Assembly (NCBI RefSeq): GCF_001186125.1
Contig: NW_014040537.1
Coordinates: forward strand, 200,316-234,128
Direction of reading: 5' to 3'
Origin: Sphaeroforma arctica JP610
Taxonomy: Eukaryota
Length of the DNA stretch: 33,813 nucleotides
Position 1 is the first letter of the stretch; the number at the start of each line of letters is the position of its first letter. Under the pieces are notes generated by a model. It did no database searches. It was not told the origin of the DNA and was given only the letters and a program-made list of their open reading frames with translations. The position numbers were made by a program, and so were the translations under genes. Positions 11,702 through 22,763 of the stretch are shown in pieces.

Positions 11702-13676
11702 TATAGAATGCGTTACGCCTAGACACGGCTGACACGGCTCTTAGATGTCGGATCTAGCGTGTGCTAGTCTGTGTGTTGCGTGTCTCAATTGCTGACATTA
11801 CTGTTGGGTGTTTGTTGCACTCGTGTATCACATATGATTTGGCTGTGTGGCCTTGTGCATGTGCTTCCTTTTATTTTTGAACTAATTGTTCTTGTGTTAT
11901 TGACGAATGTTTTATTCTTGCCTGATTGTCGTGATTTGACTGATATACGTTAGTATTATCTTGTCGATGTCCCCATTCCTCAATTTGACACAAAATGTGT
12001 CAGGAATGTTTTTGGGTTATCAGTTATGGTTCTAATGTTTTGTTGTTGATCACTAGAATATTCGTTCTCGAGTGTTTTCGCATTTGTATTTGTCGTGCTA
12101 TCGTGATATAGTATTTGTCTTGTTTGATTTCTAATAATGTCCTACTCATAAACTGATGACCATCAATGTAATTGATACTCCTAATTTGAATCGTTCTGAT
12201 TCAGGAGTCCATCTGCTTGTGTCTTTGTTTACTCGTCTATTTGTATGTTTATTATTATCTTATAATCACCTTAGTTATTCAATACTACAGAAATACATGT
12301 GGCTCAGCCTGTGTCCCCGGGTTTGATCAGTGCCTCTTTTTGTTGAATATGATCGATTTGAGGACCCTTTTTGTGACTTGTGGCTGTGCGTCTATGTATT
12401 ATTTGTGTGGTGTAAACGCTTGTTGCACTAGTTATTGTTAAGTGACATGTAAAACAGTATAATGCTACTTTTCCAATGTAATCGATTGTCAGATCCTCTG
12501 ATATTTGAAAATCCTCTGGATGATTTGTGGCGTTATGTCTCTCTATTCTTTGTATGGTGCCTTTACTCAGCGTTTGTTATTTTGGGTGCTTTCCCACGTT
12601 ATGCAGGTCTATGGTTTGGATCACTTGTCTAACATTTAGCGCTTTAGTACCCAGTATGTGCTTCCTTGATCAGATCGCTATGATTCCTGACCTATGTGTG
12701 CTCATGCGTTGTGAATTTGTATATACGACAACTTGTTTCAGTTGGTTGTTGTAGCTACTTATATGTTTGTGATTGTAAGTCACTGTAGATGGCTGTTGTT
12801 TGTGTGTGGCAGTCCATCGATCTGATTTATCTCGTGTCTCTGTGAGATTGAAATTTAATGTTGGTGCAATATTCGATATCTGCGATCTTTACTCTATGCG
12901 GTGTGTTTTACAAGGTGTGAATGCTTTGTTATGGTTTGTGTGTGCCGATTGTGCGTATATGCATTTGTCTATGCTTTCATAGTGTGTATGTATACGTTTG
13001 TTTATGTATTCATAGTTGTTCTGAATTGGCGGTGTTGTTTGTTCTGTGGCTGCTGCTATTGCTTTGTATATGAAAACTGAGTAAAATAGCTAGTGTCTTT
13101 TTAGTGCACATTGCATAAGGTTATTTTCTTGTTCGAAAACCTATAAAAATCTTCTAGTTGATGAAATGATCACTGTGACGGCTTATGCCTTTTTCACTGT
13201 TTTAGCCTTCCTATCTAGCAACTCTTCACTGAATCGCGTTACACTGAGATACCCTCTTCCACAGTATATGTTTGTGAACACGTTATTATCACCTGTGTAT
13301 CCTGAACACCATATTCATATACGTTACAGTTGTATACGCGCTTATTTGCCTTGCTTGTCTTTCTTCTTCGTATCGCAAGTTGCACGTTTCACTTCTTGTT
13401 TCTTCGTGTACACCCTGTTATTAATTTCTGTTTGTTGGAAGTCTTCAGTCCTGTTCTCCTTTTCGATCCGAGTCTTCTCTGCTTCCTTGTTGACACTTCT
13501 CTGCTGGTCCAGGCCTCTTCTCTCTGTTATTGTTACTACTCGTTGGATAGTTCTAATGAAGTTTTGGTTTTTGAGTTGGCCTTGCCAAAGCACCTGATGG
13601 GTTAATTCCCACTTGCTTTCCTCTTAATCGTAGAGTGTAAGTTGTTAGACTTATCTAGTAAGGATATTGTAAAAAA

Positions 13677-14002
13677 TGTAGAGTATGAAGAGTAGCTGAA
13701 AAGAACGAGACAATAGGATACAGTAAACCTCTTCTCAAGTACAGTTATCTCAGCTAGGAAAAGTCCCTAGTCTGAGAGAGCCGAACTGAGTCTTAATTTG
13801 TGTTTTCACTAGACTCGGGATTTACTCGAGTATTTATCTCACACGCGGGAGTCCCGGTGTATCTGACCGGTTCTACCGCTATTATTTCTGATGACTCTAA
13901 TATCAGAAATATTCCAATCCTAATTCCAAAACTCAGTATTTGATTATTCTGGGTTTTAGGATTTGTATTGGCTTTTTGATAATCTGGTCCCTATATGCTA
14001 CA
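13677..14002 (-). repeat. Gypsy 2 5' LTR (326 bp)
   Basis: TGTAG...CTACA terminal inverted repeat. Direct repeat of 5294-5540. Confidence 0.95.
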
Positions 14003-14320
14003 TTGGTTCAGGCGCTATGATTCATATATTTTACACTACCAATAGTGATACAAATATCCAACGCGGCAACTTCATAGTCGAATTTCCGGACAAGTCTCAA
14101 AACGCTGAAAGAGCGGGGCACGCTTCCGGGATTAGGCCAACTACTTATCATGCCACAAGCAACGCAAAACATACTATCTGTCCGATTAATGCAACGCAGC
14201 GGTTTCGACGTCAACTTCCCAGCGCAGGCAAACGATACGCTACCTACAGAGTGCCGCATCACAGATCGAACAGGCCAGAAGCATACCATCCCAGACGTGA
14301 GCGGACAATACAAGATTTCC
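14003..14320 (+). pseudogene. Copia aspartic protease, 3' part (5' part ends at 5293)
   Basis: Removing Gypsy 2 and one TSD copy restores ESLIDSGAMIHIF. Later YHA/MP..TQNILSVRLM corresponds to the Copia V.YVP...NLLSV motif. Confidence 0.85.
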
Positions 14321-14419
14321 ACTTGTACGACCCGCACCCTAGCCGAATCCACGCAAAACGAGGCCAACCCTTGCGCAAAAAAAAACATCGACATATATGT
14401 AGCTAAAAGCGAGAACACA

Positions 14420-14845
14420 GACAACGGGAAGTTCCACCCTGATCTCGTTCAGAAACACGTCGTCGAGCCATTCGGCGCAGTATATATTGATTTACTTGCC
14501 TGTATAAACAATGCACAAGTTGCAAACTATTGCAGTTTAGTGGAGGGTGCACCACTTTACGATGTCTATAAACAGTCCTGGAACCAAGTGAGAGTCCATC
14601 TATATGGGAACATACCGTTCACCAAAAAGCATTGGTCTGCCACACTCAACAACCTGGAAGCAGAAAGCGGCATAGTTACTGTCGTATTTCCTTTAGCTCC
14701 CAGAAACAAGTGCTACCAACGAACACTGAAACAGTTACACTCACAGGTGGAAGGTGTACGCATGACACCTGCTACATTTCTTCGTAACGGCTCCGAAGTG
14801 GTCGGTCTACCAACGTGGAGATACATATGTGTTGCCCGATTAGGT
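14420..14845 (+). CDS. Dam-like DNA amino-methyltransferase domain of the Copia element (inside open frame 14150-15148)
   Basis: DNGKFHPDLVQKHVVEPFGAVYIDLLACINNAQVANYCS...DVYKQSWNQVRVHLYGNIPF (14609-14620)...VTVVFPLAPRNKCY...TFLRNG..VGLPTWRYICVARLG. Collinear with both Gypsy MTases. Confidence 0.8.
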
Positions 14846-14899
14846 AATACCAAACACGCCGTACCTCTGACAGCTAATCTGCTCACAGCCCAAGACGGT

Positions 14900-15720
14900 G
14901 TCCTCGCCCACCTTACTGATGAGTGCTTTTGCTCTACCTGTGTATCCTGCAAGACGCGTCGTCGGCTCATTTCAAACAAACTCAAGGATCCTGAGATTCG
15001 GCCACCACCGGGTACTGTATTTCATTTTGGCCTCGAAATTGGCTTGACACCCTCAGCAACAGGTTGCACTTCTAACATCAAATTTGTTGACGCCAACAGT
15101 GCAGTGCTCTTTTCTTACCCCACTCGAGTCCGAGGATGGGGCCGCTGAGACACTCGACATGTTTTATACTTGACTCGGGAAAGAGAAACTCGCCAAGCTT
15201 GAGGAGTTGAAGTGCGATAGAGGAGGGGAGTTCAACTCTAAATAATCTAAGGCAATCAATACTGTGGAACACGTCAAAGTCCCATACACATCTACTAACT
15301 CGCCAGCACTTCATGGTTTGGTGGAGCGTATGAATGAGGTAATCGTGGATTTGATGCGTGACTTTCTAGACCGTTCGGGTCAGCCTGAAGAGACCTGGCG
15401 AGAGGCCTTACGCTAGGCAACACTAACACAAAATATCAGTCGCAACGATCGGAATCCTGATAGTAAATCCGCTTGGGATATCTTTTACGGCGAAATCCCT
15501 GACAAACGACTTAAACACATGCACGTATATGGCTGCCAAGTGGCCTTCATCAACCAGGACCCCGAGAACAAACTAGACGACAGAGCCACACTTGGGGGGT
15601 ATTTTAGGCACGACACCGACTCTAAATAATACTATGGTGAGTGTAGAATTTTCAGCGTCAAGCCGGGCCGTGTATGCCATTCTAGATATGTCAAATTCAA
15701 CGAACGCGTATTTCCCACTT
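14900..15720 (+). pseudogene. Copia integrase, decayed
   Basis: CSTCVSCKTRR, FVDANS, LKCDRGGEF, SPALHGLVERMN, TWREAL, HMHVYGC, KLDDRA, by manual translation across stops. Confidence 0.92.
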
Positions 15721-16699
15721 GGTCCAAAGTTGGAAAACACTCCTACCTCGCTGTACAACACTACGAGACGACATACCAACTATACAAGAACTGATAATGG
15801 CGATCACTGCAACAAAGCCGAATACCACCAACACTACCCCACCTTCCACCCAGGCTGCCGACAACGATTCCAGTCAGGATGAAAGTCCAGGGAAGATTAG
15901 GACGGCACCTAGTAGTAGTTCTGATGCCGGCTCTGCTATTAACTCTACAGATACAGATTCAGACATAGATTCAGGGGAGTCGTTGAGCAATATATATGAT
16001 AGTGAGGCAAGCTCCAGTGATTCAGGGGAGGACTCAGCTGTTGACACTGAGGAGCACCAGCCCAACGACAGCGAGAAACACACTCAGCAAGATACAGGCT
16101 CCACAACAAACAAGAAGACTACAACTATAGAATACAGTCACAACGCCAACCTTCAATCACACATCGTAAAACATCCAACGTCGAGAACGCTACGTGGGTT
16201 AATCTTGGAACCACGTACGAACACTGGTGTGCTAAATGAGCCTGACTTACCAAATAACATGCGTATGATCCGTACACGTGCCCGACAAATGAATGAACAT
16301 ATTGAAGCAGTAGCCGAATAGCTCAACAGTATCCAAAGTGCCACTAGTCCGACAGAAAGACGTGTGCGCTGGTCAACCGACATTGAGAACTCTGGGGTTA
16401 CTGCCGACAATAGGACAACGATCACCGATGGCATTGTTCCTTTGTAACAGAACAAGGCAGACAGATACTTCCGCAGGGCTGCTCTAAAACACGCCAGTTC
16501 CAGCACAAACAAAGCAATCAAATCGCTAACTCAGCGAATCCCGCAACTCGCACTCGAGGAAGAACCACCCGACAACATACCACTATGGATCAACACGACG
16601 CCACCACCATCACCCGGAACCACGAACACTAACAGCAAGCAAGATGGAACTATTAAAGAGTTATATAGGATATGCGCAGAAATTCACATCAACCCACTC

Positions 16700-17520
16700 A
16701 CCCCTTGTAAATCCAATAAAAAGGCTCTCCGTGGCGGTGATGCTGCTCCGTGGCGCAAAGCAATCGAACGTGCGTTAAGCAGCCTTAATAAGTCGGGCAC
16801 CTACGACTTGCTCAAACCGGACGAAATACCAGATGACGCCTTCATTATAGCTAGCAAGTGGGTATTCAATGTAAAAATGATCGACGGGCTGGTGGATAAA
16901 TAAAAAGCACCGATTTGCTTCACGCAAACCCAAGGCGTTAACTACGACGAGACATTTGCTCCTAGTGTTCACACGAGACACTCAGAACGGTATCAGCGGT
17001 GTTTGCAGCGCTAACCTCGACGAATCAACTTATATACGTCCACCGAAAGGTCCTAGCGCCGTTGGTATACGGCTTAAAACAGTCAGGACGGCTCTGGCAT
17101 GCCCTAATCAAATCCAAGCTTCTAGGCATGGGGTTCAACCAGAGTGCATCGGATACTTGCATGTTCATCATAGCCGAAGCGGACTTTTCGTGCATCGTCT
17201 TACTCTACGTTGACAACTTTATTGTTTCCGGCAAGCGGGAATGCGATGTACAACACATCAAGGCCCCACTTCAGAAAGAGGTTAGTTGTAAGGATGCGTG
17301 TACTCACAGCGGAAGATTCTATAAGCCTCGTGCAGGATAAATACGTGACTGAAGCGCTAGCGACATTCGATCTCAGCGACGCACATACAGCCCCAACTCC
17401 AGCCACACTGAATGTAGTATACGGCTCATGAACGCCACCAATGCTCCTACCGCGAGTTGATCGGAACCCTTCAGTATAATCTTTCGATGCTCACTAGGCC
17501 TGATATCTCATCTCCGTTGA
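16700..17520 (+). pseudogene. Copia reverse transcriptase, decayed with deletions
   Basis: WRKAIERALSSL, SKWVFNVK, QTQGVNYDETFAP, VYGLKQSGRLWH, LLYVDNF (YVDD mutated), TRPDIS. Confidence 0.93.
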
Positions 17521-17545
17521 ACTTACACAGAACGCACCTACCCCG

Positions 17546-17830
17546 TTGCACTGCGACAATCAGTCGGCCATACACGTCATTGACGACACAGGCACAAATA
17601 AGCACCTAAAACATGTAGATATCCGTATCCACCACATACGGGATCTTAAAGACCAGGGTGTCATCTGCACTACGTATGTCAAGACACTTGACAATACAGC
17701 TGACATATTAACCAATAACACAGCTCGGCCAACACATTCTCGCCATACCAACTCAATGCTCTCAGCCTTTCCCAATCCTCTAACCAAAGCAACCGGCAAC
17801 AATCTAAGGAAGAAACAGGCCGCTACATGA
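17546..17830 (+). pseudogene. Copia RNase H C-terminal part
   Basis: HCDNQSAI, KHVDIRIHHIRD, YVKTLDNTADILT. Confidence 0.93.
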
Positions 17831-17836
17831 GCTCAC

Positions 17837-17909
17837 TATAAAATCATCCATAGAGGTGTAAATAAAGTCACTCTCCACTTATTATATTATGGTTCTATAT
17901 GTTTAAACA
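17837..17909 (+). repeat. Copia 3' LTR remnant (3' 73 bp)
   Basis: Aligns to 3163-3235. The upstream part of the LTR and the PPT are missing. Confidence 0.85.
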
Positions 17910-18327
17910 TAAATTTCGTCCACAGCAGTTGTAGTGACGGGGTTTTTTTAGCATGACCTAAGTTTCGGTATGTCTCGAGGTGAGAAGTAATAACATATTC
18001 TACAGAGTTTACTCTGACATATGTTGAAGACAACTCGGTAAAAGAGCCTGATTACCAATAATCATGCTGGAGTTGCTCACTTAATTATCTTATCAAGATG
18101 ATTAAGGGAGCATCCTCTCAGCAGAATCAATTTTGGTATTCAGACTCGTTCACCGAGCTCGTCTTATGTATTTAAGTCAAAATTGTACTAACGTATTATA
18201 TATCTTAAACCCTTCTCGTCCGCACCCGCTCACCCTCAGCAGTTATCATCTTATATCCTTTATAGGATGTACAAGCGTAGGCATATCCCAGTATATAACA
18301 TATTTATTGACAATCAATAGCGGTTAT

Positions 18328-18525
18328 CAAACACCGCCTGAAAAGTCACCTAGTGGTTTCAAACACCGCTAAACACAGGTATCGTTTGACTCTCGCAGCG
18401 ATAAACCATCCGTAGATGGCGTCTCTAGGGCCTCACACATAGTTTACGCTTGGCACCGACTTCGTCGAGACGAACCTTGAGGCTAGATACAAACCCTATA
18501 GCCTTCGATTATCAAACTGTAACTA
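18328..18525 (+). repeat. Dispersed ~200-bp repeat, copy 1
   Basis: Similar to 22764-22985. Flanked by a 40-bp direct repeat (18266-18305, 18566-18605). Confidence 0.88.
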
Positions 18526-18861
18526 GCGAGGTATTTTCCAAATAAAACTATTTAAAACTTTAGATGATGTAGAAGCGTAGGAATGTCCTAGTATATAACA
18601 TATTTCTTACTGAAACCGTAACCCTTTTTTAAGTCCCTGTCGACATTGTCACCGATTTCTTGTCCGTCGCCAACAAACGTCTGTGACGCTCCCCCCCCCC
18701 CCCCGGGGCTAGAATGTATTTTGCCCATTTGAGATCCTTCACAAAATAATCAATAGGCCCAAATGAGTTTTTGCCGTTTGGCTTTCAGTCCCCGCGGCGT
18801 CCCAGCCGTGTTTTATTGATAATCAATACGAATAATATTAATTATTTCAAAGGAGATAGGT

Positions 18862-19088
18862 TACAATATACGTACATATGGTATAGCTCTCATAGCCGTT
18901 GTAGTGGTTCGGGGAAGATCGATGGGGAGAAGTGAACAGTAAATTCCCGTTAAGCTGGGGCCAAGTGAGTCGACGATGGAGGATATGCGCTGGGTCATTT
19001 CAGGCCGGCGCTTACAAAAACCCGACACCATCGACTTTGCCGCGTATTCGATTGCTGACCTACTAAGTAGTGTACCCACCTCTGTGGT
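18862..19088 (-). repeat. Dispersed ~225-bp repeat, inverted relative to 25878-26106
   Basis: Both copies translate to EVGTLLSRS..EY...SMV..FC...PE.TQ.IS.IVD.LGPS...MRAIPYV. Confidence 0.85.
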
Positions 19089-19479
19089 ACGGATCAGGTC
19101 TGCACCGTGTAGTGTCGTGGAATGGGTTAGTGCAGAGTACGAAATGCCGAGTAGGACCAGGTTATCCGTCATAATTCTTGAGGAGCAAGGTTGGGGGTGA
19201 ACCGATGTCGCACCAGACCACGGATGCACTCGGTATGTGCTGGTTGGCCTAAATTGGAAGTATCATAGGCGAAACCAACAGGTGCGATGACTTGGTTTGG
19301 ACCGGAATTTGGAAGTAGTACCTCGACAGCGTGATTAGCCGGGGTATAGGAACATCTGTTGATGTGTCAGAGACGGGTGTAGAAACGAGGGCTATTCTAC
19401 AGGCCGGAGAAAGGATCCAAGGTGTTCGTGGAGGGTCCAGATACCGTGGAAATTGTGGCGCTCCCGTGATTGCTGGGAG

Positions 19480-21424
19480 GTCAGGTCCAATGGAATGCAA
19501 TTTTGGGCCTACCAGGATGCGTCGGATCAATTGTTGGATGTAGGCAAAGTGGCTGGTGGTGAATTTGAGGCCACCGTGACAGAAAGGGCAGAGACAGCCG
19601 TCGGTGCGGTAGTCGAGCAATGTGAACATGTACGTATTTGTTGCAGTTATAGCACGGAACCGGATCGTTGTAGGCTCGAAGCAGCGATTGAAGCTGTCGT
19701 GCCTGACTTTGTCCCAATTTGAGGTGGGCGGTTTGCCCACGACCAATTGGCAGCAGTACTAGCGGCGGGCCATTGCCGTGATCTTCTTGTTGGACCAGCG
19801 TTTCGTTGAGTTCTTTCGAACGTCGTCACAGCGTCGGCGGAGGGCTACATGGTCGAGTGCACGCCCGTGGTTTTTTATACAGTTTTAAGGTGGGCATAGA
19901 TACTGTACGGAAAGCGCAGTGATAGTTTGTCGTGGGTTCTAGGGCATAGATACTGTACGAGCAGCGCAGGATGGTTTGTCGTGGGTAGGCGGTTTGCGTC
20001 AAATTGGTGAGTGGGGTTGTACTGACCATTGAGTCGAGGTGTATTCCCAGGCAACCTCCGAGGTAGTCCGCAAATGGTCGCGTGGGGAGCAGGCCACAAA
20101 GGTGGAGTGAGTGTGTTTGTATGAATTTTTGGAAACCTAGGATATGTAGTGCCCGTGAGATGGCTGCTGAGTTATAGCGCTCAAACAGGGGGTCCAGTGT
20201 ACCCTTTCATATAGGCGGAGCCCAGACAATAATGTTCAGGCCATATGTAGCCGTGGATAGGATGAATGTTCTGAACAGCACCAGCCGGTTGCGGGGATGC
20301 CACCAGCTGAAGCCATAGAAGCCATAGGTGCGGAAGGAGGGGATACCCAGAAACAATGCTGCAACCAGAGATTCCATATGGTTGGCGAATTTGATCCCTG
20401 GTATTCCGTGGGAGAGTGAAAACCCCATGTATCTGGAGAGTTTAGGCTTGGTATGTGTGGATGCCATATTTAGGGAAAGGTAACGTGTGTTCCAAGGGGC
20501 ATCTGCAAGTGTCGGCGTGATAAGCTCACCATTTATACAGAGGCTTGGCGCCGCGTGTCGCAAGGCGGTAGATCGTACTCGGGGTTTGATGACAACCTGT
20601 TCAAGTCAAGGTCAAATTTACGTCCACAAGCATCAATGTCGTCTAGGAAGGGCTGAACTGGAGCCGGTTGGGGGGCTTGGATCTGTGTTGTGTCGTCGAC
20701 AAATAAATAAAAGCGGAAGAGCTTGAGCCGGAATTGTGGTAGCGTGACAGCTAATGAATTTATGTAAACAATAAAGAGCTGGATTGAGCTTTGTAGAATA
20801 CCATTCTTTCTATGGAATAGAGGCGAAAGCGTGCCGCGGTATGTGTCTCGGAAACCCTCTTAAATAGCGCGCGGGGGCAGTTGATCCAGTTTCGGGCATT
20901 CCAGCGTGGCGCATAGGCGCAGGAAAGCAACTTTGTTGCATGCCTATTGTCCAGACAGACGTCGTTCCACTCCTCTTTCGACTGTGTTTCAGATTCCATG
21001 GCGGCGAGTGCTTGGGTATGGTAAGAGTATCGTGATTTAAAGCCAACTTGGGTAGGCAGCAGACTCGTAATTAACTTGAGGAAACACTTCTCAATATCTG
21101 TTTTTTTATGCACTGTCACTGTCATGAGGCTGCAGTTTAGGGCTGCAGAAAAGATCACATACCCGCCTTCAATAGCTCAGTGAATGCTTCGGCAAGGAGT
21201 CTAATCAGTGGGCTATTGGCGTCAGGGCGTCCTAGTGTCCTGCTTTCGGCGGAGCGCCCCACTGCGGCCTTCAGATGAAGGATGTGTATTTTGTCAGGGT
21301 CAGTCCCTTCACTGGGACAGCGTAGTATAGCCTCCATTACATCGTAAGGGCGTATGGTGGGAGTTACATCTGGTGAGGGTTTGATATCCGGTGGGACCAT
21401 GTACTGTAAGATTCGGTCTATCAA
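19480..21424 (-). pseudogene. Decayed non-LTR (LINE-like) retrotransposon RT and C-terminal region
   Basis: IRPYDVMEAI...DPDKIHILHLK, TQVGFK, LFVDD (FVDD at 20692-20703), YMG, RLVLFRTFILSTATYG, CPFC..TTSH finger. No endonuclease seen. Confidence 0.72.
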
Positions 21425-22259
21425 GGCGATATTGACGCATTCGAGTAATTAAGCGCTTAGGTTAAGTCTAAGTATAATCAAATTCGAAATAAATAAACGA
21501 AATTAGTTTTTAGTAAAGTTAGGTATGCCCCGTGAAAACAGCAATACTCTGAGGTATTGTGAGGCTGAGACATTGCCTATATATAATCCTCTCAGTACTG
21601 TTTTCGCCGAAGGGATTCTATTTAGTGTTTCGTTGTCGCTCTATTAGAAACTATGGTATATTTCGTTGGGGCGAATCCGAGAGACTTGTAAAATCCTATC
21701 TTTAGAAAAATGAAAAGAAAAAAGAACAAAACTCATGACGTCCATAGTCATTGCATTAACCAATAACTTGCCACTTATCAAGAATTACCGACTTTGCCTT
21801 CATCAGACTGGCACATCTGGTTGGCTGAACGGAGGATAAACTAAGCAACGCTAATAGTCCTTAGAAACCTATGTTCGGCTGAGCCATCTCGCTACCAAAG
21901 TATTCAGACAAATAGATTTGGAAAGTAAAAATAGTTCTATCAATAGAACTAGACCAAATCTTATGTTTGGTATTTTACTGGAGCCTTTTAATGGCCTTGT
22001 CCAAGGATCTGATATGTAAAATGGAAAAGGTATTTAATTAATAAAAACCGTTAAAAACCATTTAAGGAAAACTTAAGTTTACGTACTTTTAAGAGTACGT
22101 GTTACGTACTATTAAGAGTACGTTTATATTACAAGATTCTAATGTGGAGGCCCGGCTTTTACAGTACGGGTTTGTAGAATTGAATAGGTCCTCAAACTAG
22201 TCAGTGAGGGTGACGCCTTTGTTATCGGCACCCGGTAGGCAGGGTAGGCGCGGAGATAG

Positions 22260-22763
22260 TCGTTGGCACACAATATCTTTGAACATTTGAGTATCACTTT
22301 GGGCGGTCAGACGTGGGTGGAACGAGTGGTTTGGCAGCCGTTGGACCCAAGGTCAGTTTATTTCGTAGTAGAATCTCCCGAAGGTTTGTGGGTTAGCGAC
22401 ATAGCGCCAGATGCGGTCGAGGATCCGTAGCAGCCCTTTTGCTGGACTGTGTAAGGTGAGATACGACCGTAGTAGGTTCTGACGCGCTCGGATTTTGGCT
22501 TGGATTTTGTTGCGTAGGTGATAAAGTCGATGGCGGTATCGGTTGTATACATGAGAAGGAAGACGTTGGTCAGGAGGCGGCGGCATTGCTGGCATTTGTT
22601 GGGACTGATGGATTTGTTCCGTTGGAAGTACCTGGAGATCGAGTCCAAAGGTGTGGTCACCACAGATACCGTAGTCCGTCAGCTTGTAGGTCTGGAGGGA
22701 GGTGGGGGTGGTAGGCCGGTGATGCATATGTTCTGTGCCAGTTGAGCCGCCAGCATCGGTTCC
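22260..22763 (-). pseudogene. Possible second non-LTR C-terminal fragment
   Basis: GC-rich patch with NKCQQCRRLLT and composition like 19480-21424. Weak evidence. Confidence 0.3.

Larger units (their letters stand above)
5294..14002 (-). mobile_element. Ty3/Gypsy LTR retrotransposon 2 (chromodomain-bearing), full length but decayed
   Basis: Two LTRs, PPT and a 4-bp TSD TTGA (5290-5293) / TTGG (14003-14006). Minus-strand order Gag-PR-RT-RNase H-MTase-IN-chromodomain. Confidence 0.95.
2995..17909 (+). mobile_element. Ty1/Copia LTR retrotransposon, decayed, interrupted by Gypsy 2
   Basis: TGTTT...AAACA ends. Candidate 5-bp TSD GAAAT (2990-2994) / TAAAT (17910-17914). Copia-type PBS. Order Gag-PR-MTase-IN-RT-RNase H. 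Confidence 0.92.

Noticed and set aside
11016..13605. Plus-strand Cys/Val/Leu-rich membrane-like ORFs
   Set aside because: These are shadows of strong TG strand bias, antisense to the element.
14420..14845. MTases as bacterial or phage contamination, or a restriction-modification system
   Set aside because: Each is in frame within a retrotransposon pol, with no separate start, operon or nuclease partner. The neighbouring host genes are eukaryotic.
22080..22123. Tandem imperfect palindrome ACGTACT(T/A)TTAAGAGTACGT
   Set aside because: Only two short units and no associated feature, so no function can be assigned.
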